From: Pirellulales bacterium | Lineage (GTDB): Bacteria > Planctomycetota > Planctomycetia > Pirellulales > UBA1268 | Reading direction: 5' to 3' | DNA length: 64,000 nucleotides | NCBI GenBank assembly: GCA_040397545.1 | Contig: JBBAVV010000007.1 | Span: forward strand, 33,202 to 97,201 | Shown: piece by piece, positions 36,145 to 44,233 of the stretch | Numbering within the stretch: the first letter of the stretch is position 1 | Layout of the letters: each line of letters starts with the position of its first letter | The notes under the pieces: model-generated | Database searches by the model: none | What the model was told of the DNA's origin: nothing | Seen by the model: only the letters and a program-made list of their open reading frames with translations | Translations under genes and position numbers: made by a program

Positions 36145-37194
36145 ATGGCTCGTCCGTCCGAATCTTCCGGCCTGCCCCCCTCATTCCCACGCCTCCCGGC
36201 GGGGGGCGCGTGGCTGGCACCGCTGGCCGCGGTCCTCCTCTTCGGGCTGGTCAGCGGCCTCTTCGGGATGGTCTACACCGTCGGCCCGGAGAGCGTCGGC
36301 GTCGTGCAGCGCTTCGGCAAGGTGATCAAGACGGTCGACCCGGGGCTGCGCTTCAAGCTCCCCTTCGGCATCGACAAGGTGACGATCGTGCCGGTGAAAC
36401 GGCAGCTGAAGATGGAGTTCGGCTTCGGCACCGTCGGCGGCAGCAACCCCGATCAGGTGTCGAGCGAGCAGGCTCGCGAGAGCGACATGGTGACCGGCGA
36501 TCTCAATGCCGCCCATGTCGAGTGGGTCGTGCAGTACGAGATCAGTGATCCGGCCCAGTGGCTGTTCAACAACCGCGAGCCGGGGCCGACGCTCCGCGAC
36601 CTCTCCGAGAGCGTGATGCGCGAGGTGATCGGCGACCGGACTGTCGACGAGGTGCTCACCGTCGGTCGGCAGGGGATCGAGAACGAGGCGATCGAAAAGC
36701 TCACGGGACTGATCCGCGAGCTGCAAATGGGGATGCGTGTTCAGCAGGTGCAGCTCAAGAGTGTCCACCCACCGGCCCGTGTTCAATCGGCCTTCGAGGA
36801 GGTCAACCGCGCCCAGCAGGAGCGCGAGCAGACGATCAACCAAGCCAATGGGGAATACAACAAGGTCGTCCCTCGGGCCAGTGGCGAGGCGACGAGGAAG
36901 GTGAGCGAGGCCGAGGGCTACGCCCTCAAGCGCGTCAACGAGGCCGAGGGAGACGTCGCCCGCTTCCGCAAGCAACTGGCCGAATACGAGAAGGCTCCCG
37001 AGGTGACGCGGCAGCGGCTCTACCTCGAGGCGCTCTCGGAGGTGATCCCGCAGCTGGGAGGAAAGATCATCCTCGACGCCGACGCCCGGCAATTCCTCCC
37101 GCTGATGAACCTCCGCCAGCCCGAAGCCGATCCGGCCCGTCCACTCCCGGCCCGCCGGCGCCAGGGCACCTCGACGGGGAACACCACACCATGA
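36145..37194 (+). CDS. hflK: SPFH/band-7 protein HflK
   Basis: An N-terminal transmembrane segment is followed by VGPESVGVVQRFGKVIKTVDPGLRFKLPFGIDKVTIVPV. The C-terminal part reads ...VNRAQQEREQTINQANGEYNKVVPRASGEA. Confidence 0.85.
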   Translation: MARPSESSGLPPSFPRLPAGGAWLAPLAAVLLFGLVSGLFGMVYTVGPESVGVVQRFGKVIKTVDPGLRFKLPFGIDKVTIVPVKRQLKMEFGFGTVGGSNPDQVSSEQARESDMVTGDLNAAHVEWVVQYEISDPAQWLFNNREPGPTLRDLSESVMREVIGDRTVDEVLTVGRQGIENEAIEKLTGLIRELQMGMRVQQVQLKSVHPPARVQSAFEEVNRAQQEREQTINQANGEYNKVVPRASGEATRKVSEAEGYALKRVNEAEGDVARFRKQLAEYEKAPEVTRQRLYLEALSEVIPQLGGKIILDADARQFLPLMNLRQPEADPARPLPARRRQGTSTGNTTP

Positions 37195-38321
37195 GCCCGC
37201 TCCCGATCAATCATCCGCTCCTCCACGTCGGCCGTTGGCTCTCCGGGCTGGTCTTCTCGCCGCTGGGCCTGATCGCGCTGTTGGTGATCGGCGCGGTGTT
37301 TCTCGGCGGCGCCTACACCGTCGACCAGACCGAGCAGGTGATCGTCACGCAGTTCGGCAGGCCGGTTGGCACGGCGATCAACGCCCACGACGGCGTTAGC
37401 GGCGCCGGCCTCCACTTCAAGCTGCCGATGATCCAGACGGTGAACCGCTTCGAGAAGCGAATCCTCGAATGGGACGGCCCTCCGACCGAGATGACGACCC
37501 GCGACAAGCTGTTCATCGTCGTCGACACTTTCGCCCGCTGGCGGATCGCCGACCCGCTCAAGTATTTCCAAAGCCTCCGCGACGAACGCAGCGCCGTCTC
37601 CCGACTCGACGACATCCTCGGCAGCGAGACGCGCAACGTCGTCGCCCGCCACGATCTCATCGAGGTGGTCCGCTCCGACAAGGATCGGGTCGCCGAAAAG
37701 GACGACACGATCGAGGAGACGGGCGTGTCGATCTCCTCGCTCCCGCCGATCCAGTTTGGCAGGCGGGCCCTGGAGAAGGAGATCCTCGCCGCCGCGCAGC
37801 CGAAGGTGACGCTGTGGGGCATCGAGCTCCTCGACGTCCGGATCAAGCGGCTCAATTACAAGTCCGGCGTGATCGAGAAGATCTACGACCGGATGTCGTC
37901 GGAGCGGATGCAGATCGCCGAGCGGTTCCGCTCGCAGGGGGCCGGCGAGGCGGCGAAGATCGAGGGGAAGAAGGAGAAGGACCTGCAGAAGATCGAGTCG
38001 GAGGCCTACCTCAAGGTTCAGGAGATCATGGGCGAGGCCGACGCGAAGGCTTCGGAGACCTACGCCTCGGCCTACGGATCGAGCCCCAAGGCCGCCGATT
38101 TCTACCGCTTCGTGAAGACCCTCGACACCTACCGCGAAACCCTCGACCGCGACGCCACCCTCGTGCTCACCACCGACAGCGAGTTCTTCCGCTTGCTCAA
38201 GTCGATCGGGCCGGCTCCGGCAGGCGAGACGCCGGCGGAAGGGGCGCCGGTCCCCGCGATCATTCCCCCGGAGATCCTCCCGGATTTCCCCCCGGTGCCG
38301 GCAGCCGAAACGGCCCCGTGA
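37191..38321 (+). CDS. hflC: SPFH/band-7 protein HflC-like, with an extended C-terminus
   Basis: The ATG overlaps the hflK stop (ATGA at 37191..37194). A transmembrane segment is followed by YTVDQTEQVIVTQFGRPVG...LHFKLPMIQTVNRFEKRILEWDG and later ...GIELLDVRIKRLNY. Confidence 0.8.
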   Translation: MSPLPINHPLLHVGRWLSGLVFSPLGLIALLVIGAVFLGGAYTVDQTEQVIVTQFGRPVGTAINAHDGVSGAGLHFKLPMIQTVNRFEKRILEWDGPPTEMTTRDKLFIVVDTFARWRIADPLKYFQSLRDERSAVSRLDDILGSETRNVVARHDLIEVVRSDKDRVAEKDDTIEETGVSISSLPPIQFGRRALEKEILAAAQPKVTLWGIELLDVRIKRLNYKSGVIEKIYDRMSSERMQIAERFRSQGAGEAAKIEGKKEKDLQKIESEAYLKVQEIMGEADAKASETYASAYGSSPKAADFYRFVKTLDTYRETLDRDATLVLTTDSEFFRLLKSIGPAPAGETPAEGAPVPAIIPPEILPDFPPVPAAETAP

Positions 38322-38606
38322 GCCGGGGCTCGGGGCCATGATCGTCGCCCGTGACGCTGCCTCATCCCGGCCGGGCGACCCGCGCCGCCCGCTTCCCTCT
38401 GGCCGAGCGGAGCGCGGGAATAGAACCCACGCGAGGAACGGGGTACAACACCAAGAGCGGTGAAACATGCGCGTGGGCGGCTCGATAGGTGGCCGGCATC
38501 CATGGGCACTTCTTCCGCGGGGCAGTCGGGACGTCTGGTCGTCCCGGGGGAACGAGGGACGGCAGCCTGACCGGAAAACCCGGTTGGGGATTTCAGGGGA
38601 ATCAAC

Positions 38607-39326
38607 ATGGCGGGTCGTGGCTCATCCTTCCAAGGTCTGCTCGTGCGGCATGGCGCCGCTGCCGGCTGGTGCTTGATGGCCGTGTTCGTGGGGACAGCGG
38701 CCGCGCAGCCGGCCGCCAAAGGGCGGCCGAAGCCCAACCCGGAGGTCAAGAAGCTCGACTCCAAGATGGAGAAGGTGAAGGACTCGTTCCTCAAGGACAC
38801 CGAGCAGCTGATCAAGTCGTACGAGGATGCCGGCTCCTACGACCGCGCCCGCACGATTCTCGAGGCACTCCAGAAGCTCTACCCGCAGAACGAGCCGATC
38901 AAGATAAAGCTCGAGCAGCTCGCCGCTCAGAGCCTCGATGCCAGCGAGATCGATTTCGACCTCGATGCCGGCAAGTCGTGGCAGGAAGTGGGCCCCGTGG
39001 GGAAGGACCGTACGATCCGGATCCGGGTCAGCGGTGACTACAAGCTGACCACGGCCCCGCTCACCACCGGGCCCGATGGCCTGGTCGGCGAGAACCCCGA
39101 GAAGGACCTCCTCCCCCATGTCCCGTTCGGCGCGGTGATGGGGGCGATCATTCCCGCCGCAGCCCCCGCCGCCACCGAAAAGCCCCCGAAGCCGTTCCTC
39201 GTCGGTTCGTCCTACGAGCGCCCCGCCGACCGTGACGGCGTCCTCTACATGAAAGTCAACGTCCCGCCGAACTCGAAATGTGTCGGCAAGCTCCAGGTGA
39301 AGGTCGGGGGCACGATCCAGCCCTGA
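38607..39326 (+). CDS. Hypothetical secreted protein
   Basis: The ATG has AGGGGA upstream. The signal-like N-terminus ends ...FVGTAAAQPA. The N-terminal half is Lys/Glu-rich and helical, and the C-terminal half is beta-rich. No family recognised. Confidence 0.55.
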   Translation: MAGRGSSFQGLLVRHGAAAGWCLMAVFVGTAAAQPAAKGRPKPNPEVKKLDSKMEKVKDSFLKDTEQLIKSYEDAGSYDRARTILEALQKLYPQNEPIKIKLEQLAAQSLDASEIDFDLDAGKSWQEVGPVGKDRTIRIRVSGDYKLTTAPLTTGPDGLVGENPEKDLLPHVPFGAVMGAIIPAAAPAATEKPPKPFLVGSSYERPADRDGVLYMKVNVPPNSKCVGKLQVKVGGTIQP

Positions 39327-39387
39327 ACCATGACGCGATCAGGCTGGCACCCGACACCGCCACCGCCTCCGCCGGTCCACCAGCGAC

Positions 39388-40422
39388 GTGCTTCCGGAGC
39401 CTGACGTGACCGAACGCTGGTACTACGCCCGCGACGGACAACGGCAAGGGCCGGTGCCGAGGGAGCGATTGGTCGACCTCGTCCGCGACGGCTGGCTCTC
39501 TGCCGACGATCTGGTCTGGTCGCAAGGGATGCCGGAGTGGAGGCCGGCCCGGTCGTTCGATTGGCTCTGCGGGGGCCCAATCAGCCTCACCGTCCAGGAT
39601 CTCCTCAAGGCGACGCTCCATCCCGGGCGGCGCCCCGATCCTCCGGCCGCCCATCCGCTGACCATCCCGCATCCGCTGACCATCCCGCATCCGCTGACCA
39701 TCCCGCATCCGCTGACCATCCCGCATCCGCTTCGGCAGCGCTCCGCGCTGGTCGATTGGGATCGGCTCGAGGCGCGTCACCTTCTCGCCGCCGCCGGCGC
39801 GTTTCTGGCGGCGCTGGGCATCGCCTTCACGGTCATCGCCCGGACTCGCTTCGCCCTTGCGGTCACGCTCGCCGGCTTGGTGCTTCTCGGGCTCGGACGG
39901 CGACGGGAATCGGCCGGGCTGCTCCGTCAGGCCTGGGGGAATCTCGTCCGGTCCTGGCGTGAGATCGCCAGCCACCGCGCCGAGGCGCGTCGGCTCGAAG
40001 CGGAGCGGAAGCGGACCGCCGCAGAGCTTGCTGCCGCTGCCGAGCCCCCTCCCCCCTCCGGCGAGACAGCCGCTCCGACAGTCGCGGCGGCAATCCCACC
40101 CCCGCTCCCCGCCGCTCCGCCCCCTCCGCGCTCCGCTGCCACCCGGCGGATCGTCTACGAGCCCCCGGTGCGGCGCTGGCGCCCCGGCCTGGCCGGTCTG
40201 ATGAGCCTCTTCGTGCCCGGGCTGGGCCAACTCTACAAGCGGCAATGGCTCAATGCCGTCGCTTGGTTCCTGGTCGTCGCTGCCGGTTACGCGGCCCTCG
40301 TGATCCCTGGGATCCTCCTCCACGCCTGCTGCATCCTCGGGGCCTGCAGCGGCGACCCCTGGACGAAGGGGCGGACGGTCTACGTCGATGACGCCGTCTC
40401 GGCCCGCGGCCAGCGGGGCTGA
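39388..40422 (+). CDS. GYF_2 (DUF4339)-domain membrane protein with an HPLTIP hexapeptide repeat and a TM2-like C-terminus
   Basis: ERWYYARDGQRQGPVPRERLVDLVRDGWLSADDLVWSQGMPEWRPA is the GYF_2 pattern. Two central transmembrane segments follow. The C-terminus reads PGLAGLMSLFVPGLGQLYKRQWLNAVAWFLVV. The ORF head at 39388 is GTG, and the GTG at 39406 (giving MTERWYY) is an alternative start. Confidence 0.7.
   Translation: MLPEPDVTERWYYARDGQRQGPVPRERLVDLVRDGWLSADDLVWSQGMPEWRPARSFDWLCGGPISLTVQDLLKATLHPGRRPDPPAAHPLTIPHPLTIPHPLTIPHPLTIPHPLRQRSALVDWDRLEARHLLAAAGAFLAALGIAFTVIARTRFALAVTLAGLVLLGLGRRRESAGLLRQAWGNLVRSWREIASHRAEARRLEAERKRTAAELAAAAEPPPPSGETAAPTVAAAIPPPLPAAPPPPRSAATRRIVYEPPVRRWRPGLAGLMSLFVPGLGQLYKRQWLNAVAWFLVVAAGYAALVIPGILLHACCILGACSGDPWTKGRTVYVDDAVSARGQRG
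39652..39731 (+). repeat. Perfect 18-bp tandem repeat CATCCGCTGACCATCCCG, about 4.4 copies, in frame (HPLTIP)
   Basis: Units at 39652, 39670, 39688 and 39706 are identical. A partial fifth unit runs to 39731. Confidence 0.95.
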
Positions 40423-40581
40423 CCGAGCCGCCCGGCCGGTTGCCGGCCACCCCGGCCCGAGTCGGCAAAGTCGATGAAATACCGACTGCGGCACCCGCGG
40501 CGAACGATACGCTTGAGGATCGCGCCCAACCGTGACCGCGACCCTTCCAAGAACGCCCCAGCAAGCAGGTTTCATTCCCGC

Positions 40582-42777
40582 ATGTCCCAATCCACGCAGC
40601 CCCAGCCCGGCCCGGTTTCCGACCGCTGGCTCGGGCTCCATTTTGCCTTTGCGATCACGCTCAGCGCGTTTCTCCTCTTCCAGGTCCAGCCGATCATCGG
40701 GAAGTTCATCCTTCCCTGGTTCGGCGGCTCCCCGGCGGTCTGGACGACCTGCATGCTCTTCTTCCAGTGCCTCCTCTTTGCCGGCTACGCCTATGCGCAC
40801 GCCAGCATCCGCTTCCTTCCCCGCGCGGCCCAGATGGGGCTCCACATCGTGCTCCTGGCTCTCGCCGTGGCCCTGTTCTCCATCGCCCCCGATCCGGCCT
40901 TCAAGCCGAGCGATAGCAGCGACCCGACGTGGCGGATCATCAAGCTCCTCTCGGTCGCCGTCGGCCTCCCCTACTTCATGCTGGCGACGACCGGTCCGCT
41001 CGTGCAGGCCTGGTTCAGCCGGGTGTTCCCCGGGAAGTCGCCCTACCGGCTCTACTCCCTCTCCAACATGGGCTCGTTCGCCGCCCTCCTCACCTACCCG
41101 TTCTTCTTCGAGACCATCTGGGGCGTGCGGACGCAGACCTTCGTCTGGCGGGTCGCCTTCGCCGTGTTCGCTGTCGCCTGTGCCGCGATCGCCTATCTCT
41201 CCTTCCGGCACGGTGCCAAGGCCGACGGCGCCCGGGGGACCCGCGCGGCCGACCCCGGCAGCGGCATCACCTGGTTCCACCCGATCGCCTGGTTCCACCC
41301 GATCGCCTGGTTCCACCCGATCTCCTGGGTCCTCCTCCCCGCCTGGGCCTCGATGGTATTCCTGGCCACAACGAACCACATGTGCCAGGATGTGGCTCCG
41401 ATTCCGTTCCTGTGGATCGTCCCTTTGAGCCTCTATCTCCTCACCTTCATCATCTGCTTCGACCACGAGCGTTGGTATCTGCGGCGCACGACGACGCTCC
41501 TCATGCTGGCGGCGGTCGTGGCCGTGGCCGGTGACAGCCTCTTCTACTTCCTCCGCGACGGCCTCGAGGGGATCGGATTCAGCCACCGGATGCCCTACTG
41601 GCAGGAGGTGATCCTCCTGTCGACGACGATGTTCCTGATCTGCATGGTCTGCCATGGGGAGATCGTGCGGATCCGCCCCCACGCCGACCATCTCACCCTC
41701 TTCTACATGCTCGTGTCGCTCGGCGGAGCGCTCGGCGGCGTGTTTGTCAGCCTCATCGCCCCCCGACTCTGGACCGACTACCACGAATGGAGCCTGACAA
41801 TCTACGGCTCGCTCCTCCTGGCGATCGCCGTTCTCCTCGCCGCGTCGCTGAAGCAGGCAAAGGGCGACGCGGAGGGGAAGGGCGAAGCGTGGAAGTACGC
41901 TCTCGCTGCCTTCGGCGCGGTGGGGGGGCTCCTCCTCCTCCGCACCTGGATGTCCGATCCGGCCCGCTTCATCGATCAGGTCCGCAACTTTTACGGCGTC
42001 AGCCAGATCGCGGAAACCGACGTCGGCACCCCCCTCCATCACCGCACGATGTTGCACGGCGGCACGGCCCACGGCAAGCAATACGTCTCCGACGACATCG
42101 CCAAGCGCCGCATCCCGCTGGCCTATTACGGCGAGCACACCGGCATCGCCAAGGCGATCCATGCGTTCGACGGGAAGACCGGCGTCCGGATCTGCACGAT
42201 CGGCCTCGGCATCGGCACGACCGCGGCCTTTGCCAGGCCGGGCGACTTCTACCGCTTCTACGAGATCAACGACGAGGTCATCCGCCAGGCGGAAACACTC
42301 TTCACCCACCTCTCCGACTGCCTGGCGGAGAAAGAGCTCGTCGCCGGCGATGCCCGGCTGATGCTCGAACAGGAGCTCCAGCAGGGAGGGAGCCACCGCT
42401 TCGACCTCATCGCCGTCGATGCCTTCAGCGGCGACTCCGTGCCGACGCACCTGATCACCACCGAGGCGATGAAGCTCTACGTCGATCACCTCGCCGACAA
42501 GAACGACGGGATCATCTGCATGAACATCAAGAACCGCTACATCGACCTCTGGCCGGTGGTGAAGGGACTGGCCCGGGAGCACGGTCTGAAACTGCGGCGG
42601 ATCACCGCGCCGCACGACAGCGAGCGGCTCATCTACGAGACCGACTTCGTCCTCCTCACCAACAACGAGGCCTTCCTCGCCAGTACCAGCGACGTGATGC
42701 CGACGGGGGTGAACCTCGACAAGGAGGTGCCGCTGTGGCGGGACGACTTCAACAACCTCTCCCAGATCCTCAAGTGA
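40582..42777 (+). CDS. Membrane-fused spermidine-synthase-like (polyamine aminopropyltransferase family) protein
   Basis: The N-terminal polytopic region (FLLFQVQPIIGKFILPWFGGSPAVWTTCMLFFQ...) is followed by a methyltransferase-fold C-terminus: ICTIGLGIGTTA...YEINDEVI...FDLIAVDAFSGDSVPTHL. I chose the start at 40582 (MSQSTQ...). The ORF-head ATG at 40474 adds 36 junk-like residues. Confidence 0.8.
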   Translation: MSQSTQPQPGPVSDRWLGLHFAFAITLSAFLLFQVQPIIGKFILPWFGGSPAVWTTCMLFFQCLLFAGYAYAHASIRFLPRAAQMGLHIVLLALAVALFSIAPDPAFKPSDSSDPTWRIIKLLSVAVGLPYFMLATTGPLVQAWFSRVFPGKSPYRLYSLSNMGSFAALLTYPFFFETIWGVRTQTFVWRVAFAVFAVACAAIAYLSFRHGAKADGARGTRAADPGSGITWFHPIAWFHPIAWFHPISWVLLPAWASMVFLATTNHMCQDVAPIPFLWIVPLSLYLLTFIICFDHERWYLRRTTTLLMLAAVVAVAGDSLFYFLRDGLEGIGFSHRMPYWQEVILLSTTMFLICMVCHGEIVRIRPHADHLTLFYMLVSLGGALGGVFVSLIAPRLWTDYHEWSLTIYGSLLLAIAVLLAASLKQAKGDAEGKGEAWKYALAAFGAVGGLLLLRTWMSDPARFIDQVRNFYGVSQIAETDVGTPLHHRTMLHGGTAHGKQYVSDDIAKRRIPLAYYGEHTGIAKAIHAFDGKTGVRICTIGLGIGTTAAFARPGDFYRFYEINDEVIRQAETLFTHLSDCLAEKELVAGDARLMLEQELQQGGSHRFDLIAVDAFSGDSVPTHLITTEAMKLYVDHLADKNDGIICMNIKNRYIDLWPVVKGLAREHGLKLRRITAPHDSERLIYETDFVLLTNNEAFLASTSDVMPTGVNLDKEVPLWRDDFNNLSQILK
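41271..41324 (+). repeat. 18-bp tandem repeat CTGGTTCCACCCGATCGC x3 (third copy has 1 mismatch), in frame (WFHPIA/S)
   Basis: Read directly; units begin at 41271, 41289 and 41307. Confidence 0.9.
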
Positions 42778-42847
42778 TCAATCCGCGGTGATCGCCCCAC
42801 GGGCGGCAGGGAGGATTCGCGGGGCGACCGCCTCCCGGGCCACCTCC

Positions 42848-42877
42848 TTGCCCCCGGGGGATCCCGGGATCCATAAT
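42848..42877 (+). promoter_or_regulatory. Candidate sigma70-type promoter for the tRNA gene
   Basis: TTGCCC (42848..42853), an 18-nt spacer, then CATAAT (42872..42877). The hexamer ends 12 nt before tRNA position 1. Confidence 0.35.
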
Positions 42878-42889
42878 CGGTTTTCAGTT

Positions 42890-43270
42890 GGGACCGTAGC
42901 TCAACGGTCAGAGCAGGGGACTTGACGGGCACCACCTACACGGATCCTTCCGCAGGGTGAGGCCCCACGGGTTGCCGCCGCTTCGCAGTCACCGCCCACG
43001 GGGGCGCTGCGGTACGGCGGTAGAATCTGCCAAACTCGGGGAACGCTTCGTCGCCATCGGCATCTGCCGGGGGTGACATGCCAATCCCGAGCCAAGCCGT
43101 CGGGGCCGGTGCAAACCGGTTGTGACGGAAGGTGTAGAGGCCAGACGGCAGACGCATCCCGCCGCGAGCGGGGCGAAGGTATGGTCCAGACCACGAACCC
43201 GAAAGGGGCGGCGAAAGCCGAAGTGGGAGGCATAATCCCTTGGTTGCAGGTTCGAATCCTGCCGGTCCTA
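42890..43270 (+). tRNA. tRNA with a CAU anticodon (Ile2/lysidine-type or elongator Met) interrupted by a group I intron; exons 42890..42922 and 43231..43270
   Basis: The joined exons are GGGACCG-TA-GCTC-AACGGTCA-GAGC-A-GGGGA-CUCAUAA-UCCCU-UGGUU-GCAGG-UUCGAAU-CCUGC-CGGUCCU-A. They fold into a full cloverleaf of 73 nt with a G1:U72 wobble and no encoded CCA. The anticodon arm and variable loop closely resemble E. coli ileX as I recall it. Confidence 0.8.
42923..43230 (+). ncRNA. Group I intron (IC3-like, Azoarcus tRNA-Ile type), 308 nt, no ORF
   Basis: The intron follows a U (U33) and ends in G (...GUGGGAGG|CAUAA). It contains ...CCCGAGCCAAGCC... and ...GGAAGGUGUAGAGGCCAGACGGCAGAC..., which match from memory the conserved core of the Azoarcus intron (GAGCCAAGC ... 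GAAGGUGUAGAGACUAGACGGCAC). There are paired candidates for P3 (UCUGCC/GGCAGA), P4 (CUCGGG/CCCGAG) and P6 (GCCGUC/GACGG). GNRA loops are present (GCAA, and GAAA twice). Confidence 0.75.
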
Positions 43271-43320
43271 TTTTTTCTTTCCGTCAGACAGACCGCTCCC
43301 CCGCAGGGGCGGACGCCACG

Positions 43321-43767
43321 ATGACCGACCATGACACCCCGGCCTCCGAGGCTGCACAGCCCGCGAAGCCGACGAACCTGACGTTCGTACAGATTCCTCT
43401 GTCGACCGAGTCGCGCGAGACCGACGAGCGGTCGTTCGTCCTCCGGCCATCGGGGATCGCGGGGGTCGGGGTGTTCGTCACTCATCCGGTCCGGAAGGGG
43501 GCCTACCTCGCCTTGTTCCTCGACGACTCGGTCCGCCGCGTCACCTACGCCGAGATGGAGAAAGACCCTCAACTGAAGGCCTTCTGTCTCGTCTACGGGG
43601 TCGAGCGCGAGGACTACTGCTGTGTACCCCACAGCTTCTCGAAGATGGAGGTGGGGTGGTTCCTCAACCACTCCACCACCCCGAGTGCCGAGCGCCGCGA
43701 TGGCTGGCGCGCCGCCCGCGACATCGAGGCCGGCGAGGAGATCACGATCGACTACCAGGCCTGCTAG
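43321..43767 (+). CDS. SET-domain protein (putative lysine methyltransferase)
   Basis: SGIAGVGVFVTHPVRKGAYL ... GWFLNHSTTPSAE ... AARDIEAGEEITIDYQAC follows the SET pattern. The start is moved to the ATG at 43321 because the ORF head (43240) lies inside the tRNA 3' exon. Confidence 0.75.
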   Translation: MTDHDTPASEAAQPAKPTNLTFVQIPLSTESRETDERSFVLRPSGIAGVGVFVTHPVRKGAYLALFLDDSVRRVTYAEMEKDPQLKAFCLVYGVEREDYCCVPHSFSKMEVGWFLNHSTTPSAERRDGWRAARDIEAGEEITIDYQAC

Positions 43768-43795
43768 CAGGCCCTGCCCCGGGGAAGCAACGGCG

Positions 43796-44182
43796 ATGCT
43801 GCTTGTGAAGACATACCTCGACCGAAGCCCGATCGCCGGGGTCGGGCTGTTCGCCGCCGAGCCGATCCCCGCGGGGACGCTCGTCTGGAAGCTCTCCGAC
43901 GTCGACATCGTGATCCACCAGCGCGACCTCGACGCCCAGGGACTCACCGACCTGCAGCGGGCCTTCTTCGAGTCGCACGCCTACAAGAACGGCAACACCT
44001 ACTACCTCTGCATCGACGATGCCCGGTTCATGAACCACTCGCACGACGCCAACACCCACGAGAACGGGCAAAGCAGCATCGCCAGCCGCCAGATCGAGGC
44101 CGGCCAGGAGATCACCTGCAACTACGGCAACTTCGACGACAGCAAGCGCCATCTCGCGTACTGCAAGCCGAAGGATGCCTGA
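43796..44182 (+). CDS. SET-domain protein, tandem paralogue
   Basis: SPIAGVGLFAAEPIPAGTLVW ... ARFMNHSHDANT ... ASRQIEAGQEITCNYG. The in-frame ATG at 43796 lies 28 nt after the previous stop. Confidence 0.75.
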   Translation: MLLVKTYLDRSPIAGVGLFAAEPIPAGTLVWKLSDVDIVIHQRDLDAQGLTDLQRAFFESHAYKNGNTYYLCIDDARFMNHSHDANTHENGQSSIASRQIEAGQEITCNYGNFDDSKRHLAYCKPKDA

Positions 44183-44233
44183 TGGCCGCCCCCGCGGCGC
44201 CCCAATCCACTCCGCCATCCCACAGGATCAATC

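Noticed and set aside
39652-41324. Tandem 18-bp repeats as a possible CRISPR or mini-array
   Set aside because: There are no spacers because the repeats are directly abutting. They are only 18 bp long, in frame, and inside coding sequences. No cas genes lie in the window.
39256-42615. 1119-aa minus-strand ORF spanning three + strand genes
   Set aside because: It crosses intergenic regions and mirrors the tandem repeats as RMRDGQ repeats. Its composition is shadow-like, and the + strand genes carry GYF and spermidine-synthase signatures.
42901-43947. 348-aa minus ORF, and the 43240 start of the + ORF, overlapping the tRNA and intron
   Set aside because: This region is explained by a structured RNA (tRNA exons plus a group I intron). 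The SET gene has a clean internal ATG at 43321, downstream of the tRNA.
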